Below, piece after piece: positions 16,148 to 19,512 of a stretch of 19,512 nt of DNA. The position numbers and the translations under genes were made by a program. The stretch's first letter is position 1. Each line of letters begins with the position of its first letter. The notes beneath the pieces are model-generated. The model was not told the origin of the DNA. It searched no databases and saw only the letters and a program-made list of their open reading frames with translations. The stretch spans positions 1 through 19,512 of the forward strand of contig JBGCFM010000247.1 in assembly GCA_045106895.1 (NCBI GenBank), in the 5' to 3' direction. Origin of the DNA: Polyangiales bacterium (GTDB taxonomy: Bacteria > Myxococcota_A > Polyangia > Polyangiales > Houyiibacteriaceae).

Positions 16148-18232
16148 ATGGCCTACACGGTTTTTGCTCGAAAGTACCGCCCTCAGACCTTCGACGCCCT
16201 CATCGGGCAGGAGCATGTCGCACGCACGCTCGCGGGGGCTATCGAATCGGATCGCGTGGCTCACGCATTTCTCTTCACGGGCGTCCGTGGCGTCGGAAAG
16301 ACTTCCACGGCGCGCCTACTGGCGAAGGCGCTCAACTGCGAGAAAGGGCCCACGCCCACGCCATGCAACGAGTGCGACATGTGCCGGGACATCACCGCCG
16401 GCGTCGACATGGACGTTCAGGAGATGGACGGCGCGTCGCACAACGGCGTGGACGACGTTCGACGCCTTCAGGAGTCGCTGCCGTTTCGACCCGCGCGCGA
16501 CCGCTTCAAAATCGTTATCGTCGATGAGGTTCATATGCTCTCGACGGGCGCGTTCAACGCGTTCCTGAAGACCCTCGAGGAGCCACCGGAGCACGTGAAG
16601 TTCATCTTCGCGACGACGGAGAGTCACAAGGTCCCGGTCACGATTCGTTCGCGTTGTCAGCGCTATGACTTTCGCCTGATCCCGCAGGCGAAGGTGGCTG
16701 CTTCTATCCGGCGCGTTCTCGACGCCGAGGGCATCGAGGCGGATGAGGCGGCGGTACGCGTTGTTGCTCGCGAAGCTGCGGGCTCCATGCGCGATGCCCT
16801 CACGCTCCTCGATCAGCTCGTCGCGTTTTCCGGAGGAAGCCTCAACGGCGACTCCGTGAGCGAGCAGCTCGGAATCGCGGCGCGAGAGGCGGTGCACGAG
16901 GTGACGCGAGGGCTCATCGAAGGAGATGCGCCTGCTGTGCTTCGGGCCGTCGACTCCGTCATGGAGCGAAGCGCCGACCCGCTGCATTTTTCCCAGCAGC
17001 TCCTCCAGTACGTTCGCGACGCCGTCGTGCTGCGCTTGTCCGGCTCTGAAACCACCCTCGTGGACTTTGTGGACGAAGAGCGGGGGGAACTCATGGCGCT
17101 CGTCGCCGGGCGAGAGCCCCTCGAGCTTGAGCGGGCCTTCGCTGCGTTGGCAAAGCTCGTCGACGAGATCGCCGCCGCTTCGATGCCGGGGCTCGTCCTT
17201 GAGATGGGGCTCACGCGAATCGCCACACGTCCCGCTTTGATGGGCGTGGTTGAGCTTGTGCGAAGACTTGAAGCGTTGGAACAGCGCCTTGGCCCCGGAA
17301 GCGGCGGCGGCGGGCGTCGGCGCCCTGGCGGTGGTGGCGGCGGTAGCGCTGGACCCCGGAAGGGACACGCTTCTACGGCAGGGCCCCAATCTGGACCGGG
17401 GCGGGCTGAAGTCAGTGCACCGGAAGCGCATCGTGCGACGCCCAAACCAGAGGCGTCTCGTTCGACCCCCGAAGCATCGCAACCCGCGACGGCTCCTCGT
17501 CCGGCGGAAGGGCGACCTCAGGCGCCACCCGTTCAGCCGCCACCCGTTCAGCCGCCCGCGCAAGCACGTCCGGCGGAGGCGTCACGGCCCGAAGCCCCGC
17601 GCTCAACGCCGGGGCAGGCCCGAGCAGCGGAGGCCGATTCGGCTGCTCCGCGGATGCCAATGCGAAGCCCGGAAGCGTCGCAGCCGCGTCCGCCGGTTTC
17701 GCCGTCCCCTGTTTCGCCCCCCGTGGCCACGCCCGCGGCTTCCCCACAGGCGCAACCTAGTCCGCAGTCCAGCGAACAAACACCTGCGTCCGTGCCATCT
17801 ACGCAAGGCGCTCCAATTCGGCGCGCAGCGCTTCAAGAGTGGGAAGGCTTTATTGACGCCCTCCGAGAGAGCCGCCCCGCGCTCTCCGCGGTGCTTGAGC
17901 ATGGCGTGCCTCGCGTGGTCAATGCCGAGCGCATCGTCCTCTCGTTCCAGAAGAACTCGTTCTATGGGCGACAGGCGGATGCGCCCGCGGCACGGGAAGC
18001 GATCGGCCAGGTTGCCAAAGAGCGGATGGGCGCGGAGCCAGCCATCGAGGTTCGCTACGACCTGGATTCCGGCGAAAGCTCACACAGCGTGGCGGCTTTG
18101 GAGGCGACCCGCCGAGACGCAAAGCAGAAGCAGCGGCGTCGCGAGGCCCTCGGTCACCCCGTCGTTCGCGACGCGATTCAGGTGTTTTCGGGTTCCACGG
18201 GCCGCGTGAGCGTTCAGCTCGAAGGAGAGTAG
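16148..18232 (+). CDS. dnaX: DNA polymerase III subunit gamma/tau
   Basis: ARKYRPQTF, Walker A GVRGVGKT, Zn module C...CNECDMC, DEVHML, LKTLEEPP, SRC, GSMRDAL; long Pro/Ala linker and C-terminal domain. Confidence 0.97.
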   Translation: MAYTVFARKYRPQTFDALIGQEHVARTLAGAIESDRVAHAFLFTGVRGVGKTSTARLLAKALNCEKGPTPTPCNECDMCRDITAGVDMDVQEMDGASHNGVDDVRRLQESLPFRPARDRFKIVIVDEVHMLSTGAFNAFLKTLEEPPEHVKFIFATTESHKVPVTIRSRCQRYDFRLIPQAKVAASIRRVLDAEGIEADEAAVRVVAREAAGSMRDALTLLDQLVAFSGGSLNGDSVSEQLGIAAREAVHEVTRGLIEGDAPAVLRAVDSVMERSADPLHFSQQLLQYVRDAVVLRLSGSETTLVDFVDEERGELMALVAGREPLELERAFAALAKLVDEIAAASMPGLVLEMGLTRIATRPALMGVVELVRRLEALEQRLGPGSGGGGRRRPGGGGGGSAGPRKGHASTAGPQSGPGRAEVSAPEAHRATPKPEASRSTPEASQPATAPRPAEGRPQAPPVQPPPVQPPAQARPAEASRPEAPRSTPGQARAAEADSAAPRMPMRSPEASQPRPPVSPSPVSPPVATPAASPQAQPSPQSSEQTPASVPSTQGAPIRRAALQEWEGFIDALRESRPALSAVLEHGVPRVVNAERIVLSFQKNSFYGRQADAPAAREAIGQVAKERMGAEPAIEVRYDLDSGESSHSVAALEATRRDAKQKQRRREALGHPVVRDAIQVFSGSTGRVSVQLEGE
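17523..17556. repeat. 15-bp in-frame tandem repeat in the dnaX linker (PPVQP)
   Basis: CGCCACCCGTTCAGC twice, plus CGCC. Confidence 0.85.
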
Positions 18233-18289
18233 TCCCCAAAAATGGCACTGGGACCTTGCGGGGACCGCCGGCGCTGATACAGCACGGGC

Positions 18290-18610
18290 ATGAAATTTCG
18301 CGGCGGAATGGGCGAACTGATGCGGCAAGCGAGCCGTATGCAGCGAAAGATCGAAAAGCGACGCGAAGAGCTGAAGGACGAAGAGTTCGAAGCCGGCGCG
18401 GGCAACGACATCGTGAAGGTCACCGTCAACGGTGGCGCTGAGCTGGTGCGCGTCGAAGTCGATCCAAAAGCGCTTGAGTCGGAAGGGCTCGAGATGGTCC
18501 AAGACCTTCTCGTCGCTGCGGCGAACGCGGCGCTGACCAAGGCGCGCGAACACGTCGACGGTGAGCTTGAGACCGTCACCGGCGGGCTCAAGATTCCCGG
18601 ACTCGGCTAG
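18290..18610 (+). CDS. ybaB: YbaB/EbfC nucleoid-associated protein
   Basis: MGELMRQASRMQ...AGNDIVKVTVNG...VQDLLVAAANAAL; 106 aa in the canonical dnaX-ybaB-recR order. Confidence 0.95.
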   Translation: MKFRGGMGELMRQASRMQRKIEKRREELKDEEFEAGAGNDIVKVTVNGGAELVRVEVDPKALESEGLEMVQDLLVAAANAALTKAREHVDGELETVTGGLKIPGLG

Positions 18611-19201
18611 TTGTCCGACCCCATTCGCGATCTTGTTTCGTTGCTGGGCCGGCTCCCGGGTGTCGGCGAGCGCACTGCTACGCGTCTAGCGTTTCACGTG
18701 CTCTCCGGTCCGTCTGACTATGCCGCTGCTCTGGGAGAGTCGCTCGCGATGGTCCACGAACGCGTAAAGCGCTGCAGCATCTGCGGGAACTTCGGCTCGG
18801 AAGATACGTGCGATGTTTGTCAGGACACGCGGCGCAACGACAAGCTCCTCTGCGTCGTCGCCCGGGTTCCAGACCTCGTCGCCATCGAACGAAGCGGGAC
18901 CTTTCGCGGTCGCTACCATGTCCTGCATGGGCTCCTCGCTCCTCTGGACGGAATGGGCCCGAGCGACCTACCTCTCGATGACCTCGTGGCCCGCGTCGAG
19001 CGTGACGGCATCGAGGAGCTCATCGTGGCGACTCCTTTGAGCGTGGAAGGCGAAGCCACGGCTCTGTACGTGGCGGAGGTGTTCCGCGACAAGAACGCCT
19101 CGGTGTCGCGCATCGCCAGCGGAATGCCCCACGGCGGCGAACTTGAGTTCACGGATCAGGTTACGCTCGGCCGCGCCCTCGACGGCCGCAAAGCGCTTTA
19201 A
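18611..19201 (+). CDS. recR: Recombination mediator RecR
   Basis: HhH motif LPGVGERTATRLA, Zn finger CSIC...CDVC, TOPRIM YHVLHG and VEGEATALY. TTG start abuts the ybaB stop. Confidence 0.96.
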   Translation: MSDPIRDLVSLLGRLPGVGERTATRLAFHVLSGPSDYAAALGESLAMVHERVKRCSICGNFGSEDTCDVCQDTRRNDKLLCVVARVPDLVAIERSGTFRGRYHVLHGLLAPLDGMGPSDLPLDDLVARVERDGIEELIVATPLSVEGEATALYVAEVFRDKNASVSRIASGMPHGGELEFTDQVTLGRALDGRKAL

Positions 19202-19373
19202 GCGGCCTTCCTGTTCGGGGTAGAACGAGCGCTTTCAAGGTCCAGACCTGGACAATTGATATCACTGTCGATACGCGCCGATTGTGCCTGGTTGGGCGCG
19301 CTCATTTGTAAAAGGTGACCGTTGTGGCGCGCCTGGGCTCGATGTGTGCCTTTGTGTCCCGCGAAGTCCGCCG

Positions 19374-19511
19374 CTAAATCGCGCTCCGCGCAAGGTCCAG
19401 GTCGAGCTCCAGTCGCAGCTTGTTTCGCTTCTTGTCGATGCTCACATCCGCGTCCACGCCGAGCTTGCTCGTGAAGCGCCGCGCAAACACCTTGGCCACT
19501 CGCTTGTCGTC
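19374..19511 (-). CDS. 3' end of an unidentified gene, truncated by the window edge
   Basis: Open frame DDKRVAKVFARRFTSKLGVDADVSIDKKRNKLRLELDLDLARSAI* with GC3-rich codons. It is absent from the ORF track. Confidence 0.5.
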   Translation of the reverse strand, partial: DDKRVAKVFARRFTSKLGVDADVSIDKKRNKLRLELDLDLARSAI

Positions 19512-19512
19512 C

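Noticed and set aside
19374..19511. ParB C-terminal-domain identity for the truncated last ORF
   Set aside because: Only 45 aa are visible and the resemblance is superficial.

Overview
GC-rich bacterial chromosomal window. Gene content and style suggest Myxococcota/Deltaproteobacteria, which is an inference. Housekeeping genes are partial tkt, tpx, feoA-feoB, trxB, a TPR/SLT lytic transglycosylase, proS and dnaX-ybaB-recR. Less usual elements are: (1) a TerB-like domain fused to a PPP Ser/Thr phosphatase with eukaryote/archaea-type motifs, divergent from a Fur-boxed feo operon; (2) a Cys-free small membrane ORF after feoB; (3) a diguanylate cyclase with an orphan HisKA helix, a Lys-less receiver, PAS and GGDEF, divergent from an HDOD gene; (4) a 164-bp MITE-like element with perfect 18-bp terminal inverted repeats overlapping a stop codon; (5) a fungal/plant-NTR-like TrxB; (6) recurrent TANNNT hexamers 6-9 nt before start codons, suggesting leaderless mRNAs. 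No rRNA, tRNA or CRISPR array was seen. All calls come from motif recognition by eye; no searches were run.
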